Of a DNA stretch of 63,714 nucleotides, positions 28,823-38,028 are shown one piece after another. Source of the DNA: Bacteroidaceae bacterium (GTDB taxonomy: Bacteria > Bacteroidota > Bacteroidia > Bacteroidales > Barnesiellaceae_A). The stretch is taken from NCBI GenBank assembly GCA_017935645.1, contig JAGBHF010000073.1, positions 1 to 63,714 of the forward strand, in the 5' to 3' direction. A model generated the notes under the pieces. The model was not told the origin of the DNA and did no database searches. It worked only from the letters and a program-made list of their open reading frames with translations. A program made the translations under genes and the position numbers. How positions within the stretch are numbered: the stretch's first letter is position 1; every line of letters begins with the position of its first letter.

Positions 28823-28967
28823 TAAAAACAGAGCTATTTGCTTAATAGGGGGGGGTAATTCGCTGTGCATCAATTGGTTATATGTTTTCCAAAAATGGGC
28901 CTTTCTTGAATTTGTATAAGATTTGGTGTGTTTGACAAATTTATATATATAATGTGTATAATTTTGC

Positions 28968-29084
28968 TCAATACATAGCTATAGCTCCTTCCGAAAAGCA
29001 TAAATGAGTTGATTTCAGGAAGTTATCTGTGCACTGGGCAGTATTGGTCATTTCGCTTCGTGTGTAGTAGTCGTTGTTGTTCAT
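28968..29084 (-). CDS. Candidate 38-aa small ORF (MNNNDYYTRSEMTNTAQCTDNFLKSTHLCFSEGAIAMY)
   Basis: Open from ATG 29084 to TGA 28968; tacctttg -7 box at 29134-29141 with an AT-rich leader. No recognised homology. Confidence 0.25.
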   Translation of the reverse strand: MNNNDYYTRSEMTNTAQCTDNFLKSTHLCFSEGAIAMY

Positions 29085-29291
29085 CGATTACTAATTAAGC
29101 AAAAATCAAATTTTGCAAATAAAAAATTTGTTACAAAGGTAATGATTAATTTGATATGTGTGGCGTAATTGTATCGTAAAAACAAATAAAATGTTATTGT
29201 GTGTTGTATATTAATTGATTTCGGTTGTATTATTTTTCAATGGGTGCGATTATTTATTTGTAATATTTAATAAAAGAGAGAAAAAATTCAT

Positions 29292-29299
29292 TATCTTTG
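29292..29299 (+). promoter_or_regulatory. -7 element for lipoprotein/beta-barrel operon
   Basis: tatctttg about 200 nt upstream of ATG 29501. Confidence 0.55.
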
Positions 29300-29500
29300 T
29301 GGAGTGTAGGATGTGGTTTGATAAAATTTAAGGTCTGCTCGACTGATTTTTAAAAGCCTATCCGATGTGCTATACAAAGTGCCGAATTATACTCTACATG
29401 CTGTCTGAAAAAGTTTTTATATTATGAGTTTGTGTATCTGTATGTTGTCGGAGGCTTTGAAAGAGATGAATTTATATTTACAATTCTAATATTTCGCATT

Positions 29501-31318
29501 ATGTTTAAGAAAAAGGCTATTGTCCAAAAACTTGCTTTGGGCTTATGTGTTCTTACAACTGCCTCTCTATTGAATGGATGTGACGAGTCGTACTCTTTAA
29601 GTGACTTAGGCGGCGATATCACTCTGTTGGAGAATGGCGTCTCTGCTCCTGTTGGTGATACAGAGAAGTTTTATTTGAATGACTTTATTGGTGAAAATGA
29701 CCTTATTAAGATCGATGAAGATGGTCGCTATATGATTTCATATAGCGGTAATGCTTCTACATCTTTCAGTATTCCTTCGTTGGATGTGCCGGCTATGCAG
29801 CCTGACTTTGCTTCAGCGCATCTTGACTTCTTTGAGTCTATAAGAAACAACCCCGAGTTGCAGGATATTATCACACTGATTGAGACTGCAACAGGAGGTG
29901 AGTTTGACCATTATAGCTCTATCCCTGAGATTATTAATCCTATTAATGGCGAGAAGATTGCGTTGAATGTTAATGGAATTCATGCTGCCATACCTCGTAG
30001 CCTTGAGGAGTTTGAGATGGATATTTATGATATTCCTAAGGAGCTGGTAAGTCTTTCAAAGGTCGAGTTGAGTGACAATGCAACGGTCGAACTCTCATTG
30101 CATGCCGAGGGATTACCCCGTACTATTGATGAAATTTCGATTGACTTTTATGTGCATCCTCCTGTTCAGTTGCACATTTCTCCTGTTGATGAAAGTATCG
30201 AGGTTGTGAGTGAGAATTATTTCCACATTTCTCATAAATTGCCTTGTGTTGATGGAAAGCTTGATGATATCATCTTGTTCAAACTTGATAGAATAGAGTT
30301 TAAAGAACCTTTGATGCGCGAAGAGGATGGCAAAATTGCCATATTTGCCGACTTGGATTATGAAGGTCGCATTGATATCGACCAAGAGTTTGACCTCACC
30401 GGTTGGACTCCCGTGTTGGACTTGAATGTAGGATTTAAGGTTTCGGATTTCTCTATCAAATCGGCTTCGGCAACTGTACAAGCAGATATTGAGCCTATCT
30501 CGTTCTCGCAAGAGATTACCGGATTGCCCGAGTTACTTGCCAGTCCTAAGAATTGCTTCGACTTGAGTTATCTTACTCTTGAGTTAAATGTCAACAATAC
30601 CACACCAGCACGACTTGCTACCGACTTTATGATGCAGTCGACCTTCCAAGATGGCTCGGAAAGTGGTGATATCTCTACACAGGAACCTATTGTTATCGAG
30701 CCTAATATGTTGCAACAAATTATTATCTCGAATGAGGAAAAATATGCCGGACAACCCGGTTATATACCTAACCTCAATGAGGTGATGTATAAGATACCTC
30801 GTTTGTTGCGATTGAAGGCTTCGCCTTATATTCCTAAAACTGATATTGACTTGAATCTTAATACCGCCTTCAATGTGGATATCGATTATTCATTGAGAGT
30901 GCCCATCATCTTTGGTGAAGATCTTCATTTATCATTGTCGGGCGACTTTGGCGATCTGGGCGCCGATATTGCAGCTCTTACCGAGAATGCTACCGTGGTA
31001 GATCTTTCGGCTAAGATAGTCAGCACATTGCCTCTTGACATCAAGATGAATGTGGTACCTGTCGATGCCGAAGGTAATGTACTTGGTGGTGTTACAATTG
31101 AGGGCGTTCCTCTAATTATAGATGGTAATACCACTACTCCTTTCGATATTAAGATTGAGGCTACAGAAAACAATGATTTGGATAAGTTGTATACATTGCA
31201 ATTTGAGCTTGAGGGTACTGCTACCGGTGATAATAATGAGTTGCGCCCCGACCAATACTTGCAATTTACCAATATTGTATTGTCGTTGCCCGAGGGTATA
31301 TCTATAAAGATTAAATAA
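29501..31318 (+). CDS. Uncharacterised beta-rich surface lipoprotein (DUF4621-like)
   Basis: MFKKKAIVQKLALGLCVLTTASLLNG-C lipobox followed by acidic DES; beta-strand-rich; ends LSLPEGISIKIK. Family name is tentative. Confidence 0.65.
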   Translation: MFKKKAIVQKLALGLCVLTTASLLNGCDESYSLSDLGGDITLLENGVSAPVGDTEKFYLNDFIGENDLIKIDEDGRYMISYSGNASTSFSIPSLDVPAMQPDFASAHLDFFESIRNNPELQDIITLIETATGGEFDHYSSIPEIINPINGEKIALNVNGIHAAIPRSLEEFEMDIYDIPKELVSLSKVELSDNATVELSLHAEGLPRTIDEISIDFYVHPPVQLHISPVDESIEVVSENYFHISHKLPCVDGKLDDIILFKLDRIEFKEPLMREEDGKIAIFADLDYEGRIDIDQEFDLTGWTPVLDLNVGFKVSDFSIKSASATVQADIEPISFSQEITGLPELLASPKNCFDLSYLTLELNVNNTTPARLATDFMMQSTFQDGSESGDISTQEPIVIEPNMLQQIIISNEEKYAGQPGYIPNLNEVMYKIPRLLRLKASPYIPKTDIDLNLNTAFNVDIDYSLRVPIIFGEDLHLSLSGDFGDLGADIAALTENATVVDLSAKIVSTLPLDIKMNVVPVDAEGNVLGGVTIEGVPLIIDGNTTTPFDIKIEATENNDLDKLYTLQFELEGTATGDNNELRPDQYLQFTNIVLSLPEGISIKIK

Positions 31319-31333
31319 TAAACCGTGTCAGTT

Positions 31334-32713
31334 ATGAAAACTTCATATATTAAATCGTTGGTTGCAGCCATTCTTGTTGGTTGCACCATGGGAGCTTCGG
31401 CTCAAGCATTACATTCGGGTTATTTTTTGGAAGGAATGGTTCAACGTCATGAACTCAACCCGGCATTCGGTGGCGAAGCTAATTTTGTTGCTATACCGGG
31501 TCTTTCGGGTTTCAACCTTGGAGTATCAACCAACTTCGGACTGTCGGATTTCGTTTTCAAGAGAGATAACCAATTGGTATTGGGCTTGTCGAGTCAGGTG
31601 TCGGCTAGTGAGTTTTTGAATGGACTCCCTCAAAATAACCAATTTCAATTACAATTGGATATACCCATCTTATCGGTTGGTTTCAGAAGTTTTGGCGGAT
31701 TTTCTACAGTGGGTATTAAGACACGCTCATTTGTAGGGCTCAACATCCCCTCTTCTCTCTTTGCATTTCTCAAGCAAGGTGCCGATCCTACAACCGGTAT
31801 AGCTCGCTATGATATAGATAATCTCAATGTGAACACCAATAATTATGTAGAAATCGCATTGGGACACTCACGTAAGTTGCCCGCGCTTGAAGGCTTTTCT
31901 TATGGTGCCAAACTCAAGTTCCTTGTTGGAGCACTCTCTGCTCAAGCCAATATTGAGCATATAGGTGTAGAGATGTCGCAAGAGCGTTGGATGGTGGAAA
32001 CAAAGGGTGTTGCCTCATTGTCAAGTGGATTGTCCCTTACTTATGACGAGGAGGGTAATATAAATGGTGTCGATGCCTCTTCGTTGCAAATCGGCGGATA
32101 TGGTTTCGGTGTTGACTTGGGTGCTGTATATACACCGGCGGCATTACCCGATCTTACTGTATCGTTGGCGTTGAACGACCTTGGATTTATCTCATGGAGC
32201 AACCTTAATAATTCTGTGACTTCGGGGTGTTTCGAGTATACCGGTTTTGGAACAATTGGTACTGAAGGTACTGCATTGAACGATCAGCTTGATGCAATGC
32301 TTGAAGATGTGTCGGAACTTATTAAGTTTGAGCCTGTAGCACCTCATAATGAAACTCGTATGTTGCAAACTACACTTAATGTAGCAGCCGAGTATGCTAT
32401 TCTCAACCGCATGATATCATTTGGTCTCTTGTCATCGACACGTTTCGGTGCACCCTATACTTATGCCGAGGGTATGGCTGTTGTAAACTTCCGCCCTGCT
32501 TCATGGTTCCAAGCCGCTATTAATGGCTCAGTCTCTACACAAGGTTCGGCTGTAGGTGCATTGCTTACTTTCTGCCCGAATGGCGCCAATATCTTCCTTG
32601 GTTGCGACTACATTTCACCCAACATGAAGTTCTCGGCTGAGGGTATTCCTTTGTATGGTACAAGAGCCAATGTGCGCGCCGGTATCATTGTTACCTTTGG
32701 AAAGAGGAAATAA
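31334..32713 (+). CDS. DUF5723-like outer-membrane beta-barrel protein
   Basis: SPI signal, N-terminal RHELNPAF, alternating amphipathic strands (GFGVDLGAVY, GIIVTF terminal strand). Confidence 0.8.
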   Translation: MKTSYIKSLVAAILVGCTMGASAQALHSGYFLEGMVQRHELNPAFGGEANFVAIPGLSGFNLGVSTNFGLSDFVFKRDNQLVLGLSSQVSASEFLNGLPQNNQFQLQLDIPILSVGFRSFGGFSTVGIKTRSFVGLNIPSSLFAFLKQGADPTTGIARYDIDNLNVNTNNYVEIALGHSRKLPALEGFSYGAKLKFLVGALSAQANIEHIGVEMSQERWMVETKGVASLSSGLSLTYDEEGNINGVDASSLQIGGYGFGVDLGAVYTPAALPDLTVSLALNDLGFISWSNLNNSVTSGCFEYTGFGTIGTEGTALNDQLDAMLEDVSELIKFEPVAPHNETRMLQTTLNVAAEYAILNRMISFGLLSSTRFGAPYTYAEGMAVVNFRPASWFQAAINGSVSTQGSAVGALLTFCPNGANIFLGCDYISPNMKFSAEGIPLYGTRANVRAGIIVTFGKRK

Positions 32714-32736
32714 GTAGTAGATAAGTAAACACATAC

Positions 32737-32778
32737 AAGCGACAATGGCTCATATCGAGTTGTTGTCGCTTTATTTAT
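32737..32778 (+). terminator. Terminator after barrel gene
   Basis: aagcgacaatggctc/gagttgttgtcgctt stem (3 G-U pairs) followed by tatttat. Confidence 0.65.
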
Positions 32779-32848
32779 AAATAAGCCTTGTGTATTGTGG
32801 TGTAAATTCCTCAAAAAAGAGTATTTTTGTTGCCGTATAATATAAAAG

Positions 32849-33886
32849 ATGAACGCACAGCTACTACGTCCGCAAGTATCTCCTTTGCTGCACAACGAGA
32901 ACAATCTCGATATTGTGCGGTATTACTTGTCGTTTGCTGTGCTCTTTGCCCATTTTGCCGAACTTACAGGTACAACCAATTACTTTCCCACGTCGAGCTA
33001 CACGGCTGTAGGTGGATTTTTTATGCTCAGTGGTTTCTTGGTATTCTACAGTTATTTGCGTAGTAAATCGACCCTGCAATATTTCAAGCGTAGGGCACAG
33101 CGTATTATACCACCCTACATGGCTATAGTGTTATTGTGTGCTTTGTGCGGTGTGTGGTTAACCAATTTACCTGCCGAAGAATATTTCACATCTTCACAGT
33201 TCTGGCAATATCTGGGGGCAAACCTTACCTTTGCCAATTTCTTGCAACCCTCTTTGCCCGGAGTCTTTGAGGGGCAGGTGTATGAAGCCGTTAATGGCTC
33301 GTTGTGGACAATGAAGGTCGAGATACTGCTCTACATATCTATCCCGTTGGCAGCATGGCTCATGATGCGCTGTAGCCGGGTGTGGGCATTGGGGCTCATA
33401 TATGTGCTATCATATATATATAAGATGTGGATGGGGCACCTGTATGTCGAGTCGGGCGAGTTGATATACCGTATCATGCAACGACAAGTAGGCGGGCAGT
33501 TGCTGTTCTTCTATTCGGGAGTGGCTATTCTTATGTATTTCGATTATTTCCAACGATATATCCGCTGGCTTTTTCCTGTGGCTCTGGCTGTGGGTGTTGC
33601 CTCAAAGTGGGTCAATTGGTTTGATGCTATTGAGCCTTTGTGTATAGCCATAGTAATTATTGGTTTTGCATATAATTGCCGATGGTTTGTGTGGATGCGC
33701 AAGTATGACAATATAGCTTATGATATATACTTGTTTCACTATCCTATCATACAGTTGGTAGTCTATTGGGGCTTGCCCGAGCGCAATATCTATTGGGCCT
33801 TGGCTGTAGTTGTGGCCATGACAATATCTTTGTCGCTCCTTTCGTGGTACTTTATTGAGCGACCTGTGATGCGTCGTAAAGTGTAA
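32849..33886 (+). CDS. Acyltransferase family 3 (OafA-like O-acyltransferase, no SGNH domain)
   Basis: NNLDIVRYYLSFAVLFAH, FFMLSGFLV, RRAQRIIPPY, NGSLWTMKVE, YDIYLFHYP, SWYFIERP. Confidence 0.9.
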   Translation: MNAQLLRPQVSPLLHNENNLDIVRYYLSFAVLFAHFAELTGTTNYFPTSSYTAVGGFFMLSGFLVFYSYLRSKSTLQYFKRRAQRIIPPYMAIVLLCALCGVWLTNLPAEEYFTSSQFWQYLGANLTFANFLQPSLPGVFEGQVYEAVNGSLWTMKVEILLYISIPLAAWLMMRCSRVWALGLIYVLSYIYKMWMGHLYVESGELIYRIMQRQVGGQLLFFYSGVAILMYFDYFQRYIRWLFPVALAVGVASKWVNWFDAIEPLCIAIVIIGFAYNCRWFVWMRKYDNIAYDIYLFHYPIIQLVVYWGLPERNIYWALAVVVAMTISLSLLSWYFIERPVMRRKV

Positions 33887-33905
33887 TGAGGACGTGCAGC
33901 GGGTA

Positions 33906-34529
33906 TTATTTCCCCACTTTTCTCTTTGCAAAGTCTACAATGAGTTCGGCTACCGCTTGCGAATCGAGAGCCGATGAGTTGATACATAGGTCATAGGTAG
34001 CACCGTCGCCCCACACCTTGTCGGTGTAGAAGTTATAGTATGATGCGCGTATTTTATTGCGTTTCTGTGCCAATGTGCGTGCCTCACTTTCACTCACACC
34101 GCTGTTACGAGCTATGATGCGGCGCACGCAATCATCCTCGCAGGCGTGAATAAACACACTCACACAACCCGGGTGGTCACGTAGGATGTAGTCGGCACAG
34201 CGACCTACGATTACCGCCGAGTGCTTGTCGGCAATATCGCGTATAACATCCGATTGAACTTTGAATATCATCTCGTCCGACCATCCGCCCGAGGGCATAC
34301 TGCTCGCACCAGTCATCCATCCCATCGATAGTGCATTCAGGAAACGGTTGGGAGCTTTTTCATCTACTCGCTCAAAGCATTCGGCACATAGTCCGCTTGC
34401 TTTGGAGGCCTCCAATATCAGCTCTTTGTCGTAGTAGTTGATGCCAAGTAATTCGGCTACAATACGACCTACTTCGCGACCTCCGCTTCCAAATTGACGT
34501 CCTATGGTAATGATGAGATTGTTTTTCAT
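33906..34529 (-). CDS. Cytidylate kinase-like family protein
   Basis: ITIGRQFGSGGREVG P-loop, YYDKELI, VIVGRCADYIL, YDLCINSS. Confidence 0.9.
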   Translation of the reverse strand: MKNNLIITIGRQFGSGGREVGRIVAELLGINYYDKELILEASKASGLCAECFERVDEKAPNRFLNALSMGWMTGASSMPSGGWSDEMIFKVQSDVIRDIADKHSAVIVGRCADYILRDHPGCVSVFIHACEDDCVRRIIARNSGVSESEARTLAQKRNKIRASYYNFYTDKVWGDGATYDLCINSSALDSQAVAELIVDFAKRKVGK

Positions 34530-34604
34530 ATCGGTATGTATTTGACAATGACTTTTACAAATGTAGTGAATATATTTATAATAATGTGTGGGTGTACTCT
34601 AATT

Positions 34605-35792
34605 TTATTTCTCTTTTACATTTATATATGCCAGATAGTGTGTGTCGGACATAATCGGAGTAAGTGCAAGATATCCGTTTGTAATCTTGCTGTTGACAAT
34701 GCGTAGCGGATTTTGGGTCGATAACTGCTGGTCTAACGCCTGTAGTCGGGCGGTGTCGGGCTCGTAGTGAACATGGTAGGTGCCTTGTGTAGTAGGCGCG
34801 AGGTAACGGTCGGCAATGATGCGCGCCACCATGCCCATGCTCATGTGCAAGTTGAGCTCGATGCAAGGATGCAGCAATATTTGCCCTTGCTTGTCACGAT
34901 ATACAATCATATCGATGCCCAAGTAACCCTTGTAGTGTGGGGCTATGAGCGATGTGGTAATGCCGCATAGTGCATCGCGAATTTCGAGCAATGTTGCAGG
35001 GGCGATATATTGCGATAGCATCCGTTCTATTTCGTCGTTTGATGCAAGAATGTTGCTTTGGTATGCACCTCGCTCGTCGGTAAGGAAATAAGAATAACCG
35101 GCAAATTGTGTGGCTGTTCCATCACTATAGAACTCCATTGCCAAGTCGCATATCTTATCCTGCCAAGTTTCGCCCATGATGTATCCCTGCTTGCGTATTA
35201 TACCGCTTGCACTGCGAGCTGTCATCTTGTCGTATACACCGTTTACGCGCCACACACCACGTCCACTGCTTGACCATGGGGCTTTCAGTATAGTGGAGGG
35301 CTGCGATGTAACATACTCGTCGACCTCAGTATCGTTGTGTAGTACCACAGGTTGTGGTGGAAGTTGGATATGAGGCAACATATATCTTAATTGTTGCATG
35401 ATAGTACATGTCGTGGCACGGCCCGATAGCTTGCGTATCTGTTCGATAGCCTTATCGTCCGGTAATATATCGCGTGCAATGCCGTTTCGGGTAAATTTGT
35501 CGACGATATAGGCGCTCCAACCCCAAGGGTGACACTCGGCTATGTTGCGCGACGGCTTGCTCATGGCGTGTGCTGTGATGCCTAACGCATTGAGGGTCTC
35601 TTGCATCATAGGGGACACTTGTTGCATAGCCCATACTTGCGCGTTCGGCTCATCGGCATACCATATAGGTAGTAACGACAGGTCGCGTGCAATGCCTTGC
35701 GCTGCCGGAGTAGGGGTGTAATACTTACCGCCAAAGGCAAGTGCCATATCGTTTTCGGGTGCAAACAGGTATAGATGCTCGAGTGGTGTCAT
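34605..35792 (-). CDS. Conserved hypothetical protein with ATP-grasp fold
   Basis: FAPENDMALA, PWGW, LKAPWSSSGRG, DLAMEF, GYLGIDM, PCIELNLH. Start at ATG 35792 (TTG 35813 possible). Confidence 0.7.
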   Translation of the reverse strand: MTPLEHLYLFAPENDMALAFGGKYYTPTPAAQGIARDLSLLPIWYADEPNAQVWAMQQVSPMMQETLNALGITAHAMSKPSRNIAECHPWGWSAYIVDKFTRNGIARDILPDDKAIEQIRKLSGRATTCTIMQQLRYMLPHIQLPPQPVVLHNDTEVDEYVTSQPSTILKAPWSSSGRGVWRVNGVYDKMTARSASGIIRKQGYIMGETWQDKICDLAMEFYSDGTATQFAGYSYFLTDERGAYQSNILASNDEIERMLSQYIAPATLLEIRDALCGITTSLIAPHYKGYLGIDMIVYRDKQGQILLHPCIELNLHMSMGMVARIIADRYLAPTTQGTYHVHYEPDTARLQALDQQLSTQNPLRIVNSKITNGYLALTPIMSDTHYLAYINVKEK

Positions 35793-35852
35793 TGCTGTAA
35801 AATTCTGTTGCAAGATAGTAAATTTTATTGTGCGATAGTATTATTACGGTAC

Positions 35853-35894
35853 AAAAAAAAGAGTGTATCCCTTCGGTGGAAAAGATACACTCTT
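35853..35894 (-). terminator. Terminator after nucleotidyltransferase (end of gal run)
   Basis: aagagtgtatc/gatacactctt stem followed by a T8 run on the minus strand. Confidence 0.75.
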
Positions 35895-35916
35895 AATATG
35901 AAGTGTGATTGGTTAA

Positions 35917-36822
35917 TTATCCAAAGAGCTTGGCGGGATATTCACCTGCATCTACAAGGGCTTGAATTTTGGCTACAACCGATGGACGGTCTTCGGCATA
36001 AGTAACACCAAACCAGCGAGATGTTGTGTCGAGTACTTCAACCGTACTTGTGCCCTCTTGGATGAGTTTGTTTACCATGAGAGGGATGAAGAACTCGGCC
36101 TTGAGGTTGCTCATATTCTCGTTAAGGAATTCGGTGAAGTATGCCTCAGAGTGAGCGAAGTAGTCGGGTGTAAAGCCCCACATATTCATCGATACGGGAG
36201 TATTGTCTTCGATACTTACCCATTCGTCGTTCTCGTCTTTATATTTTACTACGCCGTCGATACGCTCAATCTTGGTGCGCTCAACAACATCGGTAAGCAT
36301 GCGGTTGTTGTCCATTGCACACACACCACGCGACACGCTACCACTCTCTGACAGGGTGTTGCCAACGCGGTAGCCCACCATGCAGTAGCTGTTGGCTTTG
36401 CCGTCCATTTCGCTGAGCCATTTGCCCAATACGGCAAAGCTGTCGCGACCATAGAAGTCGTCGGCATTGATAACTGCAAAGGGTTCTTTTATAACATCCT
36501 TGGCCATGAGTACGGCGTGGTTTGTACCCCAAGGTTTCACGCGGTCGGCGGGACAGCTAAAGCCTTCGGGCAACTTGTCGAGTGATTGGAAAACAACCTC
36601 AACGGGGATGTGATTGGCATACTTGTTGAGTACTTTTTCGCGGAAATCGGCTTCAAAGTCTTTGCGGATAACAAAGACAACTTTACCAAAACCACCGCGA
36701 ATAGCGTCGAAGATCGAGTAATCCATGATTGTTTCGCCACTGGGGCCAAGACCATCCAATTGTTTCAAGCCACCATAGCGACTACCCATACCGGCTGCAA
36801 GTACATAAAGAGTAGGTTTCAT
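35917..36822 (-). CDS. Sugar-1-phosphate nucleotidyltransferase (NTP_transferase family)
   Basis: LAAGMGSRYGGLKQ, KPWGTNHA, VINADDFYG, SMNMWGF, WFGVTY. Confidence 0.88.
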   Translation of the reverse strand: MKPTLYVLAAGMGSRYGGLKQLDGLGPSGETIMDYSIFDAIRGGFGKVVFVIRKDFEADFREKVLNKYANHIPVEVVFQSLDKLPEGFSCPADRVKPWGTNHAVLMAKDVIKEPFAVINADDFYGRDSFAVLGKWLSEMDGKANSYCMVGYRVGNTLSESGSVSRGVCAMDNNRMLTDVVERTKIERIDGVVKYKDENDEWVSIEDNTPVSMNMWGFTPDYFAHSEAYFTEFLNENMSNLKAEFFIPLMVNKLIQEGTSTVEVLDTTSRWFGVTYAEDRPSVVAKIQALVDAGEYPAKLFG

Positions 36823-36842
36823 CTTCTTTTATTTTTTATAGA

Positions 36843-37997
36843 TTAGCACAATTTGCGTGAACCCTCTGAAATGACTACGTCATATACTTTGGGAAGTTTG
36901 CCATATTTCTCTCTGTAAGCCTCTTTTGCGCGATTGATGAAGGCATCGTACAACTCTTCTTTAACGAGGTTGATGGTGCAACCACCAAATCCACCACCCA
37001 TTACGCGTGAACCTGTAACGCCACATTCGCGAGCGATGTCGTTGAGGAAGTCGAGCTCCTCGCAGCTTACTTCGTACAATTTGCTCATGCCATGGTGTGT
37101 TTCGTACATCTTGGCACCAACAGTCTCATAGTCGCCTCTTTCGAGAGCATCGCATACGTCGAGCACGCGTTGTACCTCGCCAATAACATATTCGGCACGC
37201 ATGTAATCCTCAGCGCTTACTTCGGCTTTCACTTCATCCAACATAGCCATGTCGGCATCGCGGAGGAATTCAACCTCAGGGTGACGTTTTTTCATGGCAG
37301 CAACTACGTTCTCGCAGCTCTCGCGACGTTTGTTATAGGCGCTTGACGCAAGTTCGTGCTTAACAACAGTGTCGAGCAATACAAGACGATAGCCTTGGGG
37401 GTTGAAGGGGAAATATTGATATTCAAGTGAGCGGCAATCGAGGCGGATAAGGCTACCTTCCTTACCAAACACCGATGCAAATTGGTCCATGATACCACAT
37501 TTTACACCACAATAGTTGTGCTCGGTAGCTTGACCAACCTTGGCCAACTCAAATTTGTCAATCTTGTTGTCGCCAAAAAGGTCGTTGAGTGCATATGCAT
37601 AAGTGCTCTCAAGCGCAGCCGATGAAGACATACCTGCACCGAGGGGCACATCGCCTGCAAAAGCTGTGTTGAAACCCTTAACATCTACACCGCGCTTAAT
37701 CATTTCACGACATACACCAAAGATGTAGCGTGCCCATGATGTACGGGGTGCATCCTCTTCGTTGAGACCAAACTCAACGTAGTCTTTCATGTCGATAGAG
37801 TATGCTCTTACCTTATTTGTTCCATTGGGACGCAATTCAGCAATCATACCCTTGTCGATAGCTCCGGGGAATACAAAACCACCATTGTAGTCGGTGTGTT
37901 CGCCAATGAGGTTGATACGACCGGGTGATGCGTATACAGAGCCTGTCAATCCGTCGAAGTGTTTGATAAATCTACTTCTTACATGTTCGATATCCAT
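36843..37997 (-). CDS. galK: Galactokinase
   Basis: GRINLIGEHTDYNGG, PLGAGMSSSAALE, CGIMDQF, YEVSCEELD, GSRVMGGGFGGC. Confidence 0.96.
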   Translation of the reverse strand: MDIEHVRSRFIKHFDGLTGSVYASPGRINLIGEHTDYNGGFVFPGAIDKGMIAELRPNGTNKVRAYSIDMKDYVEFGLNEEDAPRTSWARYIFGVCREMIKRGVDVKGFNTAFAGDVPLGAGMSSSAALESTYAYALNDLFGDNKIDKFELAKVGQATEHNYCGVKCGIMDQFASVFGKEGSLIRLDCRSLEYQYFPFNPQGYRLVLLDTVVKHELASSAYNKRRESCENVVAAMKKRHPEVEFLRDADMAMLDEVKAEVSAEDYMRAEYVIGEVQRVLDVCDALERGDYETVGAKMYETHHGMSKLYEVSCEELDFLNDIARECGVTGSRVMGGGFGGCTINLVKEELYDAFINRAKEAYREKYGKLPKVYDVVISEGSRKLC

Positions 37998-38028
37998 AAT
38001 AATTAGGTGTTATAAGGTTGTTAGTAAA

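Noticed and set aside
28848-28855. G8 homopolymer as a phase-variation switch
   Set aside because: It lies about 25 nt upstream of the -33 box, outside both the spacer and any ORF, so slippage has no evident effect.
28684-29300. Invertible promoter for the polysaccharide locus
   Set aside because: I found no inverted-repeat pair flanking the promoter and no recombinase nearby.
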